Positions 8,882-21,539 of a stretch of 53,928 nucleotides of DNA are shown one piece after another. How positions within the stretch are numbered: position 1 is the first letter of the stretch; each line of letters starts with the position of its first letter. A program made the position numbers and the translations under genes. A model generated the notes under the pieces. The model saw only the letters and a program-made list of their open reading frames with translations. It was not told where the DNA came from and made no database searches. Source of the DNA: Candidatus Hydrogenedentota bacterium (GTDB lineage: Bacteria; Hydrogenedentota; Hydrogenedentia; Hydrogenedentales; SLHB01); contig BTVY01000029.1 in the NCBI GenBank assembly GCA_045863335.1, positions 30,997-84,924 of the forward strand, in the 5' to 3' direction.

Positions 8882-10093
8882 CTACTCGTACCGCAAGGCT
8901 TCAACCGGATCGACGCTAGCCGCCTTTACCGCAGGGTAGGCCCCAAAGAAGACGCCCACGGTAGCGCTGAACCCAAAGGCCACGAGAATCGACCACATGG
9001 ACGCCTGAATGGGGAACTGGGGATAGAAGAAGCCCATTACGAAGGTCCCTCCGTACGCGAGCAGGATTCCCGCCACGCCGCCGATGCAACTCAGCGTGAT
9101 GGATTCGATCACGAACTGAAGGCCGATATCCTTTCGCGTCGCACCGACCGCTTTTCGGATGCCCACTTCCCGAGTCCTTTCGCGTACGGACACGAGCATG
9201 ATGTTCATAATGCCGATGCCGCCAACGAGGAGGGAGATGGAGGCGATGCCGGACAACATGACCTTCAACGCAATGAAGATTTTGTCCAGCGTTTGCAGCA
9301 TGGTGGTCTGGTCGATGATGGTGAAGTCTTCGGTGTAGTCGTGCGCCGCGGTGAGGATCTCGCGCACCGATTCCGTTGCCGCCGCGGTCTCATCGGGACT
9401 GCTCGCCTGAATGACGATTTGGTACAATTCGTCTTCGCCGCCGTAGAACATCTGCTGGGCGCTCAACAAGGGCACGACCGCGATGTCGTCGATGTCGATG
9501 CCGAGCGTCACGCCTTTGGGCTCCAGAATTCCGACGACGAGGTGCTTGCTGCGGTTGATGGACACCTTCTCGTACATGGCGTTGTTCGTGCCAAACAATT
9601 CGTCTTTCAATTTCGCGCCCAGCAAGCAGACCTTCATGTTCTTGTCGAGGTCCGTTTCCGTGATGAACCGGCCCCGCTCCACATGGATATCCCGGATGCG
9701 TTCGATGGCGGGGGACACGCCGAAGACCATGCTGTTCCGTTCCCGGTTGCCATAACGGATCGCGCCGGCGCCGACGACCTCGGGCGACACGTCCTTGATG
9801 CCCACCCCGCGACGTTCGATTTCTTTGGCGTTTTCGTAGGTGAGTTTCCGGAAACTGCCGGCCACGATGGGCATCATGCCGGAAGTCTCCTGTTTGCCGG
9901 GAGTTACAATCAGCAGGTTGGTGCCAAGGTCGGCAAATTCCTTGGAGACATAGGCTTGCGCACCTTCGCCGAGCGCGACGAGCAGTACGACCGACAACAC
10001 GCCGATGGTTACACCGACCATCGTCAAAAACGCCCGGACCCGGTTTTGGGTGATAGACTCGACGGCTACGTTGAAATACTCAATCCAGCCCAC
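8882..10093 (-). CDS. ABC transporter permease (MacB/FtsX family)
   Basis: RAFLTMVGVTIGV, periplasmic core, ISLLVGGIGIMNIMLVSVRERTREVGIRKAVGA, DPVEALRYE. Confidence 0.93.
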   Translation of the reverse strand: MGWIEYFNVAVESITQNRVRAFLTMVGVTIGVLSVVLLVALGEGAQAYVSKEFADLGTNLLIVTPGKQETSGMMPIVAGSFRKLTYENAKEIERRGVGIKDVSPEVVGAGAIRYGNRERNSMVFGVSPAIERIRDIHVERGRFITETDLDKNMKVCLLGAKLKDELFGTNNAMYEKVSINRSKHLVVGILEPKGVTLGIDIDDIAVVPLLSAQQMFYGGEDELYQIVIQASSPDETAAATESVREILTAAHDYTEDFTIIDQTTMLQTLDKIFIALKVMLSGIASISLLVGGIGIMNIMLVSVRERTREVGIRKAVGATRKDIGLQFVIESITLSCIGGVAGILLAYGGTFVMGFFYPQFPIQASMWSILVAFGFSATVGVFFGAYPAVKAASVDPVEALRYE

Positions 10094-10309
10094 CTGGGCC
10101 TCCTCAAAAACACAGTGCCTTCTGCATTAGACCACGAATCCGGTCTGACAGATTCAGTCCCCGGATATCCGCAAATCTTATCACATCAACGAAGGCGACC
10201 GGAACGGCCGCCTTGAACCTCGTGACCCTGGGTTTTACGATAAATCCCATCAGGTTGGCGGGCGATTCGCTTCAAGTACTCACCACGACTCATCGATTGG
10301 GAGTTCACC

Positions 10310-10972
10310 ATGTACTACATCATCGTGGGCGCCGGGCATGTTGGTTCCAATCTGGCGCACATCGCCCTCGAGGACGGCCACGAGGTTGCCCTGGTCGAAA
10401 AGGACGAAGAGCGCGCAACGGCAGCGAGCGAACGGTTCGACGCGCTCGTCCTGCACGCCGATATTGCCGAAAGTGGCATTCTCAAGGAAGCCGGCATCGA
10501 ACGCGCCCACTGTCTCGTCGCCACAACCGGCGATGATTCGGCCAATCTCATGGCCATGTTTCTTGGCAGCGAGAACGGGGTGAAGACACTCATCAGCATC
10601 GTGAACGACAACGGTCACACGTCCATGTTCGAGCGTTTGGGCGTCAAGGTCTTCTTCGATCCCGATCTGCTCGTTGCTCAACAACTCTACCGGATGATTC
10701 GTACGCCGAGCGCCCGCGAGCTGGTCGCCTTGCCGGATGGAGGTGAGATGTTTGATGTGACAATCCCAGAAACGGCGCCCATTGTGGGGATGACCCTGGC
10801 CGAAGCGGTGAAGAAGAAAATTTTGCCCCACGGGTTTGTCGTAGTCTCTTTACGGAGAGGCAAAGTAGTTCGCGCGCCGAATGGCGAGAGTAAGGTTGAG
10901 AGCGGGGATCAACTCACCATCTTTTCCGAGAAACGCGTCAGCGAAGAACATCTCAAGAATCTGACCGGTTAG
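10310..10972 (+). CDS. trkA: TrkA family potassium uptake regulatory subunit (RCK N + C)
   Basis: IIVGAGHVG Rossmann motif, ATTGDDSAN, C-terminal RCK_C domain; upstream of a trkH. Confidence 0.92.
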   Translation: MYYIIVGAGHVGSNLAHIALEDGHEVALVEKDEERATAASERFDALVLHADIAESGILKEAGIERAHCLVATTGDDSANLMAMFLGSENGVKTLISIVNDNGHTSMFERLGVKVFFDPDLLVAQQLYRMIRTPSARELVALPDGGEMFDVTIPETAPIVGMTLAEAVKKKILPHGFVVVSLRRGKVVRAPNGESKVESGDQLTIFSEKRVSEEHLKNLTG

Positions 10973-10980
10973 CCATCACT

Positions 10981-12492
10981 TTGAATACCTACATCAAAAT
11001 CGTGCTCCGCGACCTCGGCCTCGTGCTGCACGTCCCTGGCGCCATGGCGCTGCTGATGGTGCCGCTGTGCTTCTGGTGGAGCGAAGATTACGCCGTGGCG
11101 TACTTCGGCGGCACCGCGCTCGCCGCGTTGGTCGCAGGGCAAGTTCTGTATCACATGCTTCGCGACGCCGGCGAAACCCGGCTGAGCCACGGGATGATGA
11201 CGGCGGCGTTGGCATGGTTGATCGTTCCGATCTTCGGTGCGGTTCCCATCTGGGGCGCGGCAGAATCATTGGCGTCGTTGCGGCTGACACCGGAAACCGT
11301 GCGCGAATTTCAGGATCCCTTGAATGCCCTCTTCGAGTCCTTCTCCGGCTTCACGGGGACCGGTCTCACCATGGCGTTGCGCCCGAGCCGGCTGCCCGCC
11401 TGCATCCAGTGGTGGCGCACGTTCACCGAGTGGATCGGCGGTGTCGGCGTTATCGTGCTGATGCTGACCATCGTCCGGCTCAATGCCGGCGCGTTCCGTC
11501 TCTACTTCTCCGAGGGCCGCGAAGACAAGATCGCGCCGACGGTCCGGTCCACCGTGCGGACGATCTGGTGGATCTACCTTTTGCTGACCGGGGTCAGCAT
11601 CGTTCTCTTCCGCGCCTTGGGGATGGAATGGTGGCCGGCCATCAACTACGGGATGACCGCGATCGCCACCGGCGGGTTCGGCGTCACCGATCGCAGTTTT
11701 GGTGATTACGGCAACGCCATCAAGGTCGCGGGTATGGTGGTTATGCTGGCAGGCGCCGTGAGTTTCGCCGTCCACTTTCAGATCCTTCGGTACGGCCGGT
11801 TTTCCGCCTTCTACAAAGACACCCAGCACCGCTTCCTGGCCCTGTTGACGGTCGCCGGGGTCCTGCTCGCGACCCTCGAACTACGCTGGTACCGGGGCGA
11901 ATGGACGTTTGTCGATCCCGCGTTCCAATGGATATCCGCGCTGTCGACCGCGGGGTTGCAGTCCGTCGATCTGAACGCATGGAGTCCCAGCGCGCAACTG
12001 CTGCTGGCACTGGGCATGCTCATCGGGGGCGCGGCGGGTTCTACGGCCGGCGGATTGAAGCTGGTCCGGGTTGCCTTGCTGGAACGCGGCGTGGCGTGGC
12101 GGTTCAAGCGGCTGCGCAAGAAGCCTCACCAACTGCCCCGGTACGAGTTCAACGGGGGCGTGCTGTCGGAAGAAGAGGCGCAGGACAGGATTGAATCCGC
12201 GGCCATACTCACCATCATGTGGGTTGTGGTGCTTTTCTTCGCGGTCGTCATCCTGATTCACTTCGTACCCGAAAACTATACGCTGGGAGAAGTGGTGCTT
12301 GAAGTGGCGTCCGCGCAGAGCAATGTGGGCCTGTCCACGGGAATCACGAATCCCGATTTACACGGGTTCGCCAAGGGGATCCTGATACTTGTGATGTGGA
12401 TGGGGCGGCTGGAGATCGCGCCCGCGTTGCTGCTGTTGCTGGCGCCGATGCATCACCTGCGAAAACGTGCGGAGACGCGACTACGCGTTTGA
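10981..12492 (+). CDS. trkH: TrkH family potassium uptake membrane protein (divergent paralog 3)
   Basis: FESFSGFTGTGLT, IATGGF, LSTAGL, GGAAGSTAGGLK, SAQSNVGLS, MWMGRLE. Confidence 0.92.
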   Translation: MNTYIKIVLRDLGLVLHVPGAMALLMVPLCFWWSEDYAVAYFGGTALAALVAGQVLYHMLRDAGETRLSHGMMTAALAWLIVPIFGAVPIWGAAESLASLRLTPETVREFQDPLNALFESFSGFTGTGLTMALRPSRLPACIQWWRTFTEWIGGVGVIVLMLTIVRLNAGAFRLYFSEGREDKIAPTVRSTVRTIWWIYLLLTGVSIVLFRALGMEWWPAINYGMTAIATGGFGVTDRSFGDYGNAIKVAGMVVMLAGAVSFAVHFQILRYGRFSAFYKDTQHRFLALLTVAGVLLATLELRWYRGEWTFVDPAFQWISALSTAGLQSVDLNAWSPSAQLLLALGMLIGGAAGSTAGGLKLVRVALLERGVAWRFKRLRKKPHQLPRYEFNGGVLSEEEAQDRIESAAILTIMWVVVLFFAVVILIHFVPENYTLGEVVLEVASAQSNVGLSTGITNPDLHGFAKGILILVMWMGRLEIAPALLLLLAPMHHLRKRAETRLRV

Positions 12493-13845
12493 GGCCGTTG
12501 TCTCGATGGACCCTACGCGTTTGGCCAATTGCTTGGCGAGCGCGTCTGCCGTCTTCGGCTTGTCGTGCTGCACCATCACGCGAACGATGGGTTCCGTGCC
12601 CGAGGGGCGAATAACCACCCGGCCGTTCCCCTGCAGTTCTTCCTCCGCGGCCTGCCGGACGGCCTCGAGTTCCGCGTCGGAAGGCACCGGCCTGCCATTC
12701 AGGGGAACCGAAACATGGCATTCCGGCAGTGGCTGATAGACGCTGGCCAGCGCGGAGAGCTTTTGGTCGCGCCGGATCATGGTCGCCAGGACCTGCAGCG
12801 CCGCGATGAGCGCGTCGCCCGTTACATTGTGTTCGAGCATGACGAGGTGGCCGGACGACTCCCCGCCGACGATCAGCCCGTGTTCGCGCATGGCTTCCAC
12901 CACATGCCGGTCGCCCACCTTCGTCCAGATGACCTTGCCGCCCAGCGGTTCGATGGCCCGTTGCAGACCGCCATTGGCCATGATTGTGGTGGCGATCGTC
13001 TTGTGGGGGAGGGCGTTCCGTTCCAGCAGGTCCACGCCGAGCACGGCGAGCAACGCGTTGCCATCCAGCAGCCGGCCCTCTTCATCAGCCATCACGATGC
13101 GGTCGCCGTCGCCGTCGAAGGCCACGCCCACGTCCGCGCGTTCGCGAATCACCGTGGCCCGCATGTCTTCAGGATGGACTGAGCCGCACGCTTCGTTGAT
13201 GTTGCGGCCGTTCGGCGAGCAGTGGATGGGGATCACTTCCGCGCCCAGTTCGCGCAGGCTGTACGGCGCAACCTTGTACGCCGCCCCGTTCGCACAGTCG
13301 CACACGATACGGAGCCCGTCCAACCGCATGCCTTTCGGAAACGAGGCTTTCGCGAATTCGATGTAGCGGCCTACCGCGTCATCGATACGGCGTGCGGTGC
13401 CAATCTCCTCATGGGTCGGTCGCATGCCGTCGATCTCGCCGTTCACAACCAAGCGTGAGATCTCGTCCTCCATGTCGTCGACCAGCTTGAACCCGTCCCG
13501 GCCGAAGAACTTGATACCGTTGTACTGAAACTCGTTGTGGGACGCGGAGATCATGATGGCGGCATCGCAGCGCAGACTGCGCATGATGTACGACACGCCC
13601 GGCGTCGGCAGGGGACCCACCAGCAACACGTTCACGCCCATGGAGCAGAGGCCCGCCGTGAGAGCGTTCTCAATCATGTAGCCTGAGATGCGCGTGTCTT
13701 TTCCGATAAGGATGGTGTGGCGCCGGGCCTCCTGCTGAAAGATGTACCCCGCGGCGCGGCCCACTTTCAGGGCCGTTTCCGCGGTCATGGGATGGACGTT
13801 TGCGACGCCCCGGATCCCGTCCGTGCCAAACATGCGCTCACTCAT
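12481..13845 (-). CDS. glmM: Phosphoglucosamine mutase
   Basis: FGTDGIRG, ISASHN, DGDGDR, GGESSGH, RPSGTEP. Confidence 0.96.
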   Translation of the reverse strand: MSERMFGTDGIRGVANVHPMTAETALKVGRAAGYIFQQEARRHTILIGKDTRISGYMIENALTAGLCSMGVNVLLVGPLPTPGVSYIMRSLRCDAAIMISASHNEFQYNGIKFFGRDGFKLVDDMEDEISRLVVNGEIDGMRPTHEEIGTARRIDDAVGRYIEFAKASFPKGMRLDGLRIVCDCANGAAYKVAPYSLRELGAEVIPIHCSPNGRNINEACGSVHPEDMRATVIRERADVGVAFDGDGDRIVMADEEGRLLDGNALLAVLGVDLLERNALPHKTIATTIMANGGLQRAIEPLGGKVIWTKVGDRHVVEAMREHGLIVGGESSGHLVMLEHNVTGDALIAALQVLATMIRRDQKLSALASVYQPLPECHVSVPLNGRPVPSDAELEAVRQAAEEELQGNGRVVIRPSGTEPIVRVMVQHDKPKTADALAKQLAKRVGSIETTASNA

Positions 13846-14674
13846 GACTCCCCCGTCCTATAATGGCGTCGCTCATGCGAGCCACGCGTGCCATTCGTTT
13901 CGCGTCGTGAACGCGCACGGCATCTGCGCCGTTCGCAATCCCGATCGCCACGGTCGCCGCCGTGCCTTCCATCCGGTCGTCAACCGGTACATCCAGGATG
14001 ACGCCGATGGTTGATTTATTCGACGTTCCAATCAACAGCGGCCGCCCGAACCGCTTGAACTCTCGTAGCCGCCTTAGCATGGTCAAATTATGCTCCGGCG
14101 TCTTGCCGAATCCAAACCCGGGGTCCAGCCAGATCGCGTTCTCCGCGATGCCGCGGCTGACCGCGAACGCCATCCGTTCCTCAAAGAACGCGCAAATGTC
14201 ATCGACGACGTCATCGTAGCGCGGGTCCTGTTGCATCGTCCGCGGCATGCCGAGCATGTGCATCAGCACGACATCGCAGCAAGATTCCGCGACGACCTCT
14301 GCCATGGCCGCATCGCCGCGCAACGCGGTGATGTCGTTGACCATGGTTGCGCCCCGCTCCAGTGCGGACTTTGCCGTGGCGGCGTGATACGTGTCCACCG
14401 AGATCGGTACGCCCAACGGAGCCACCCGCTCGATGACCGGCAGAACCCGTTCCTGTTCAGCGGTGGGAGAGACCGGTGCTGCGCCAGGCCGGGAGGACTC
14501 ACCTCCCACATCCAGTATATCCGCGCCGTCCCGGATCAGGTTCCGCGCGTACGCCGACGCGGAGTCGGGATCGGTAAGGAGTCCTCCGTCAAAAAAGGAA
14601 TCGGGCGTGACGTTAATCACGCCCATGACCAGAGTCTTATGACCGACGTGCGCCTGAATGGCAGCCGTATTCAT
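13838..14674 (-). CDS. folP: Dihydropteroate synthase
   Basis: GVINVTPDSFFDGG, GGESSRPG, DPGFGFGK, VRVHD. Confidence 0.96.
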   Translation of the reverse strand: MNTAAIQAHVGHKTLVMGVINVTPDSFFDGGLLTDPDSASAYARNLIRDGADILDVGGESSRPGAAPVSPTAEQERVLPVIERVAPLGVPISVDTYHAATAKSALERGATMVNDITALRGDAAMAEVVAESCCDVVLMHMLGMPRTMQQDPRYDDVVDDICAFFEERMAFAVSRGIAENAIWLDPGFGFGKTPEHNLTMLRRLREFKRFGRPLLIGTSNKSTIGVILDVPVDDRMEGTAATVAIGIANGADAVRVHDAKRMARVARMSDAIIGRGSHE

Positions 14675-14680
14675 GGCAGT

Positions 14681-16642
<1,962 letters not shown>

Positions 16643-16830
16643 AAGAGATACATATTCCTTATCTTACGGCAGGTGAGGGCGTACGGTTCGCCCATGATAG
16701 CTTGTATCATAACACACGCTGGGGGGGTGAACAATCCCGCCCCGGCGAAACAACGCCCGTTGCACCTTGTCACGTCAGAAGTTACCATACCGCATCCTGC
16801 ACGAAGCGGTCTTACCTCCGGGAGTTGACT

Positions 16831-17949
16831 ATGAAAAACCAATCGGGGATTCAGCGCGTCGGCGTTGTCATGGCGGGAGGGTCCGGTGAACGGTTCTGGC
16901 CCCTGTCCCGCAAACACCGGCCCAAGCAGCTTCTCCAGTTGACCAGTCAGGACGAGAGCATGCTTGGCGAGGCCGTGTCCCGGCTTTCGCCCCTCATCCC
17001 GGCGGAGCATATTTACGTGGTTACCGGCGCCCACCTTGTCCGGCCCATCCGGGAAGCTGGAGTCGGAGTGCCACCCGAGAACGTCATCGCGGAACCCTGC
17101 AAACGGAATACGGCGGGGGCCTTGACGTATGCTGCGGCGGTCCTGCTCGCCAACTACGGCGGGGACGGTACAAATCTAAGCATGGCCGTTATCACGGCAG
17201 ACCACCAGATCGGCGAGCCCGAGCTGTTCCGGAAAACCGTCGACAGCGCGTTGACGGCGGCGGAGAAAGACGATGTGCTGGCAATTATGGGCATCGCGCC
17301 CTCCCGGCCCGAGACTGGGTACGGCTACGTCCAGGTGACCGACGATGCGTCCTCGGTAAACGATGGGATCTCCGTCCATCCGGTCAAAGCGTTCCACGAG
17401 AAGCCCAGCCGCGAGCGCGCCGAGGACTTCATCGCCACGGGCCAGTACTTCTGGAACAGCGGCATGTTCTTCTGGAAGGTGTCCGTCTTTCTTGATGAAC
17501 TGCTCCACGCCAGCCCGAACCACGCCGCCGCCGTGTCCGCCATGGCCGAGGCGCAACGCAAGGGCGACGCCGATGCCGTCCGCGCCCAGTTCGAGCGCCT
17601 CGAAGACATCTCCATCGACTACGCCCTCATGGAAAAGGCCCGCCGCGTGGTGATGGTCCGCGCCGACTACCCCTGGGACGACGTCGGCGCCTGGACGGCC
17701 TTGGACCGCACCTACCCCAAAGACGCCAACGGCAACGTATCGGTCGGGAATCCCGTCCTTATCGATACCAAAGACTGCATCGTCTACAACGAACCCGGCG
17801 CGACCGACATGGCCGTAAGCGTCGTCGGTGCGCAAGACCTCGTCGTGGTCGTCACGAAGGACGCCGTCCTCGTCATCCCCAAAGACCGCGCCCAGGACGT
17901 GCGGCACGCGGTGGAGGAGTTGAAGCAGAGGAGGGCGGGGCAGTTGTAA
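16831..17949 (+). CDS. manC: Mannose-1-phosphate guanylyltransferase
   Basis: MAGGSGERFWPLSR..PKQ, EPCKRNTA, ETGYGY, FHEKP, WNSGMF, WDDVGAW; start trimmed to the ATG at 16831 after GGAG. Confidence 0.93.
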   Translation: MKNQSGIQRVGVVMAGGSGERFWPLSRKHRPKQLLQLTSQDESMLGEAVSRLSPLIPAEHIYVVTGAHLVRPIREAGVGVPPENVIAEPCKRNTAGALTYAAAVLLANYGGDGTNLSMAVITADHQIGEPELFRKTVDSALTAAEKDDVLAIMGIAPSRPETGYGYVQVTDDASSVNDGISVHPVKAFHEKPSRERAEDFIATGQYFWNSGMFFWKVSVFLDELLHASPNHAAAVSAMAEAQRKGDADAVRAQFERLEDISIDYALMEKARRVVMVRADYPWDDVGAWTALDRTYPKDANGNVSVGNPVLIDTKDCIVYNEPGATDMAVSVVGAQDLVVVVTKDAVLVIPKDRAQDVRHAVEELKQRRAGQL

Positions 17950-18029
17950 GAACGGATCGACAACGTACCGCCGTGTTCGACGAACCCGGCGCCTTGAGTG
18001 GGTGGTCTACCTAACGCTGTGGCTGAACC

Positions 18030-18057
18030 GTCGCGCGGTCGTCGACCGAGCGACTAC
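18030..18057 (-). repeat. GTAG-led hairpin (REP-like or terminator) at the mannosidase stop codon
   Basis: Minus strand GTAG-TCGCTCGGTC-GAC-GACCGCGCGA, between convergent genes. Confidence 0.45.
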
Positions 18058-21000
18058 GCGAACTTCACCTTAAACGTCCGCAGCTCGTAGGGCGTCACGT
18101 AGAAGCTGATCCGGTTGCCTTGTGTCTTCACCGGTACATCGTTTTCTTCCATAAGATCGCATTCGCTGACGGAAACGGGTTTCCGCTCGAAGGTGAGCGT
18201 TACGTCACCCCGCTGGCCGTGGGCTTCGTAGAGCCGGACGATGACGGCGTCGGAATCTTCGTGTTTCTTCACGTGGTCGATGATGACGTTATCGTTGTCC
18301 ACGCTGGCGAAGGTGCCCACCGGGGACCGCGCGCCGTTGGTCTTTTCCGCGGGCACAGCGATGAGGGGCGTATTGAGCTGATGCCCCTCGTGGACCGATC
18401 CGTTGCGCCAGCCCCAGGCGTGGGGAAGAAGCGCGTAGGTGAACTCGTGCGCGCCTTCGTCCGCATGAGGATCGGGATCGACGGAGGACCGCAGCAGCGA
18501 CATGCGCAGGACATTTTCCTTCACGTCGTACCCGTACTTGCAGTCGTTGAGCAGGCTCACGCCGTAATCGCCTTCCGACAGGTCTACCCAACGCAGGGCC
18601 GTATTCTCGTACCGGGCCCGGTCCGCCGCGTCGTTGGTGTGCGTGGGCCGTTCGATGGCGCCGTATTGGATCTCGTAAGTCGCCCGCGTCGCGCGCACGT
18701 CCACGGGGAACGCTACTTTCAGCAACACCCGCTTCTCCCACCAATCGACTTTGGTGACGAAATCGATGCGGGGCGACGTGGCGTAGAGCGTCACATCCTG
18801 CGTGATGGTGCTGCGTTCCGTCTTGCGCACGATTCGCACCACCGCGCGTACGGGGCCGCTCTCAATGACTTCAATGCTTTCCGCCGGACCCGGCTCCCAC
18901 ATCTGGACCTCGTAATTGTGGTCGATGTCCCAGGCGTCGTGTTCCCAAGGGCGGTCGTCGAACAGTTGCAGGACGTTGGCCCGCGCGCCCTTTGGCAGAA
19001 TCTCCCGTTGTTCAACCTTGTCGTAGACCTTCGTCAAGGCGCCAAACTTGTCAAAGCGGATGCGGATGGAATCGTTCTCCATTCCTGTGCCCGTGGTGCG
19101 CAGGAGACCGCTGGGTTCGGCGTGGCGCGTGCCCGTGACGATTCGATAGACCGCGTGTCCAAGCGGCGGCACGTTCCGCGTCTCGAAAATGATTTCGTTT
19201 TTCCCGATCTGCTGACTCGGTACCGGATTCCCGGCCGTGTCGACGACGCAGAATTTGTCCGGCAGATTGGGAACCTTCGCCGTTGCGATATCGTCGCGCA
19301 CCCAGCCCAGGGTGTTGAATACCACAATGGGAACACCTTCCCCGGCCGTGGCGATGGTGCCGAGAATGTGGTCCAAGGCCGTATCCCGAATGGATGCAAT
19401 GATCGTGTTGGCCACCGCATAGTCCTTGTCGGCCTGCGCGTAGACCTCATTGATCGACGATCCCGGCAGGATGTCGTGGAATTGGTTCGTCAGGACATGT
19501 TTCCACGCGTCCCACAGACGCGCGTGGTCGTACTTCCCATCCGAAAGGTGGGCCAGAACGCTGAAGAATTCCGCGTCGCGCAGGGCGACTTCGCACTTCC
19601 GGTTGTTCCGCTTCGTGCGAGCCTGCGTCGTCTGGCAGGCGCGATGGAGTTCGAGATACAACTCGCCGTTGTACACCGGGAGCGTTTCTTTCTCGGCCCG
19701 TTTACGCATGCGCTCGACGCTGTCCGACAGCCGTCCGAACTCGCACTTGGGCACGCCCACGATGTTGCCAAGCCGTTTGCCGTGCTCGATCATGTTCATC
19801 GTCGGACCGCCCCCGCCGTCGCCCCAGCCGAAGGCGAAGGGGATTTCGTCCGCCTTCTCCTTCTGCTTGAACTGATTCCACTGGGCGATGCAGTTCTTCG
19901 GGATTGGATTGCCGTTGTAGTTCAAGGGAGGCATCAGCGCGAACGTGCGCGTGCCGTCCGTGCCTTCCCACTGGAACATGCTGTACGGAAACTCGGTGAA
20001 CATGTTCCACGCGATCTTGGTTGTGACGAAGGCCGTGAGTCCCGCCTTCTTCATGATCTGCGGGAGCGCCCATGTGTACCCGAAGGAGTCCGGCACCCAT
20101 GCGATGAGCGAACGCTTTCCGAATTCGCGTTCGTAGAAGCGGTTGCCGTAGAGGTACTGCCGGATCAGCGATTCGCCGGACGGCACGTTGTGGTCCGGCT
20201 CGATCCACGGCGCGCCGCAGAGTTCCCAACGCCCTTCTTTCACGCGCTTCTTGATGCGCTCGTACAACTCGGGGTAGTACGTCTTGATCCATTCGTACTG
20301 CACCGGCTGACTGCACGAGAAATGAAACTCGGGATAGCGGTCCATCAGGTTCAGCACCGTGGAGAACGTGCGCGCGCACTTGCGTTTGGTCTCGCGAAGG
20401 GGCCACAACCACGCCGTGTCGATGTGGGCATGACCGGCCAGAACAAGCTTGCCCATCCCGTAGCTGGTCTCGAATTCCTTGAGTCCCCGCTGCAAGGCCC
20501 GGCGCGCTTTCACAAGGGATTCAAAATAGGCCTTCTCGCCTTTGTGTTGGAGGTCGACTATCCGCACGCAACGGTCCAGAAGTTCCATGAGCTTCCGCGC
20601 CGGCGCGAAGTTGGTATCCAGTTCCTGAATGACTTCCCATACAACCTGCGCGTCCCAGAAGAAGTCCCAGGCTTCCGGGTGCATGACCGCGATGTCGGCA
20701 TATCCAAAGGAATGGTAGTAGTCGTGGCGCGTGCTCGGGCAGGCTTCGAGGACGATCTCGAAGGTGTCTCCGCCTTTCGCTTTGTCGGTCAGGAACAGCT
20801 CGTCACGGTTGCGGTCCAGTCCCTGGAACGGAACGCCGTTCACGTAGGCGAGCGATTCGCCCCCCTCGTTTACATCCGGCGCGCCGTGGACGTAGGAAGA
20901 TGAAATCGTTCGGACCAGCGCGACGACTTTCTTGCCCTTCATGCTTGCCGGGATGGTGGCTTTCATGCGAAACCACGTGGTCTGATCGTACCCGCCCCAG

Positions 21001-21188
21001 ATGCCCCGAATTTGGAAAGCTTTCCAGCCCGTCTTCGGCGCGCGTTCGGGTCCCTTGCCGGTCCCGGTAACGCAGCATTCAAGGTTGCCGATGGGTTCGC
21101 GGTCGCTGTAAATGGTCTGCTCGATCTCTCGAATGATCCGCTGAAGTTGCAGCGATTCAATCCGGCGCTCGGCGTCGAAATTGGGCAT
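18054..21188 (-). CDS. Alpha-mannosidase, glycoside hydrolase family 38
   Basis: GHAHIDTAWLWP, WVPDSFGY, GWGDGGGGP, GELYLELHR, NQFHDILPGSSI; ATG at 21188 after AGGAG. Confidence 0.95.
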   Translation of the reverse strand: MPNFDAERRIESLQLQRIIREIEQTIYSDREPIGNLECCVTGTGKGPERAPKTGWKAFQIRGIWGGYDQTTWFRMKATIPASMKGKKVVALVRTISSSYVHGAPDVNEGGESLAYVNGVPFQGLDRNRDELFLTDKAKGGDTFEIVLEACPSTRHDYYHSFGYADIAVMHPEAWDFFWDAQVVWEVIQELDTNFAPARKLMELLDRCVRIVDLQHKGEKAYFESLVKARRALQRGLKEFETSYGMGKLVLAGHAHIDTAWLWPLRETKRKCARTFSTVLNLMDRYPEFHFSCSQPVQYEWIKTYYPELYERIKKRVKEGRWELCGAPWIEPDHNVPSGESLIRQYLYGNRFYEREFGKRSLIAWVPDSFGYTWALPQIMKKAGLTAFVTTKIAWNMFTEFPYSMFQWEGTDGTRTFALMPPLNYNGNPIPKNCIAQWNQFKQKEKADEIPFAFGWGDGGGGPTMNMIEHGKRLGNIVGVPKCEFGRLSDSVERMRKRAEKETLPVYNGELYLELHRACQTTQARTKRNNRKCEVALRDAEFFSVLAHLSDGKYDHARLWDAWKHVLTNQFHDILPGSSINEVYAQADKDYAVANTIIASIRDTALDHILGTIATAGEGVPIVVFNTLGWVRDDIATAKVPNLPDKFCVVDTAGNPVPSQQIGKNEIIFETRNVPPLGHAVYRIVTGTRHAEPSGLLRTTGTGMENDSIRIRFDKFGALTKVYDKVEQREILPKGARANVLQLFDDRPWEHDAWDIDHNYEVQMWEPGPAESIEVIESGPVRAVVRIVRKTERSTITQDVTLYATSPRIDFVTKVDWWEKRVLLKVAFPVDVRATRATYEIQYGAIERPTHTNDAADRARYENTALRWVDLSEGDYGVSLLNDCKYGYDVKENVLRMSLLRSSVDPDPHADEGAHEFTYALLPHAWGWRNGSVHEGHQLNTPLIAVPAEKTNGARSPVGTFASVDNDNVIIDHVKKHEDSDAVIVRLYEAHGQRGDVTLTFERKPVSVSECDLMEENDVPVKTQGNRISFYVTPYELRTFKVKFA

Positions 21189-21268
21189 GGAACGGCTCCT
21201 GTACATCGTGCGGTGCGAGGGCGTCCCTGTGGAAGTTCTTCGTGGGGGACCCCAGGTAATGGGGGCCA

Positions 21269-21298
21269 ATTATAGAGAGGGATTCAGGGCTAGAACAA
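21269..21298 (-). promoter_or_regulatory. Putative sigma70 promoter of the alpha-mannosidase gene
   Basis: Minus strand reads TTGTTC-N18-TATAAT, about 80 bp upstream of the ATG. Confidence 0.45.
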
Positions 21299-21374
21299 AT
21301 CGAACCTGTGGGAGCGAAACGTACTGACGCACCACCGGGCGCGGTGCGGCCAAGGCGTCCCGTGATGAACCCGC

Positions 21375-21539
21375 TTAACTCCCTTCGCGGCGTTCTCTTC
21401 GACTCGGCCTACTATCGGGAGTCGAGTCGTCAGAAGCGGCCGCGGGCGAATCCGAGGAGCCGGAATTCTTGTGGTCTTCACAGCCGCTTCCTCCGACTAA
21501 CAGCGCAAGAACTGTACAAGTACCCAAGAACCACTTCAC
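21375..21539 (-). CDS. Small putative lipoprotein (54 aa)
   Basis: AAGGAGGA lies 7 nt before the GTG; MKWFLGTCTVLALLVGGSG-C signal/lipobox-like sequence, then a Ser/Asp/Arg-rich tail. Confidence 0.6.
   Translation of the reverse strand: MKWFLGTCTVLALLVGGSGCEDHKNSGSSDSPAAASDDSTPDSRPSRRERREGS

Noticed and set aside
12481-12492. Overlap of convergent trkH and glmM 3' ends
   Set aside because: A 12-nt convergent overlap is commonplace.
18120-20903. Long antisense ORFs (927 aa here; also 3893-5554, 8327-10216, 14819-16603, 42871-44580, 47551-49806)
   Set aside because: They are shadow frames opposite well-supported genes, as expected in high-GC coding DNA, and carry no recognisable motifs.
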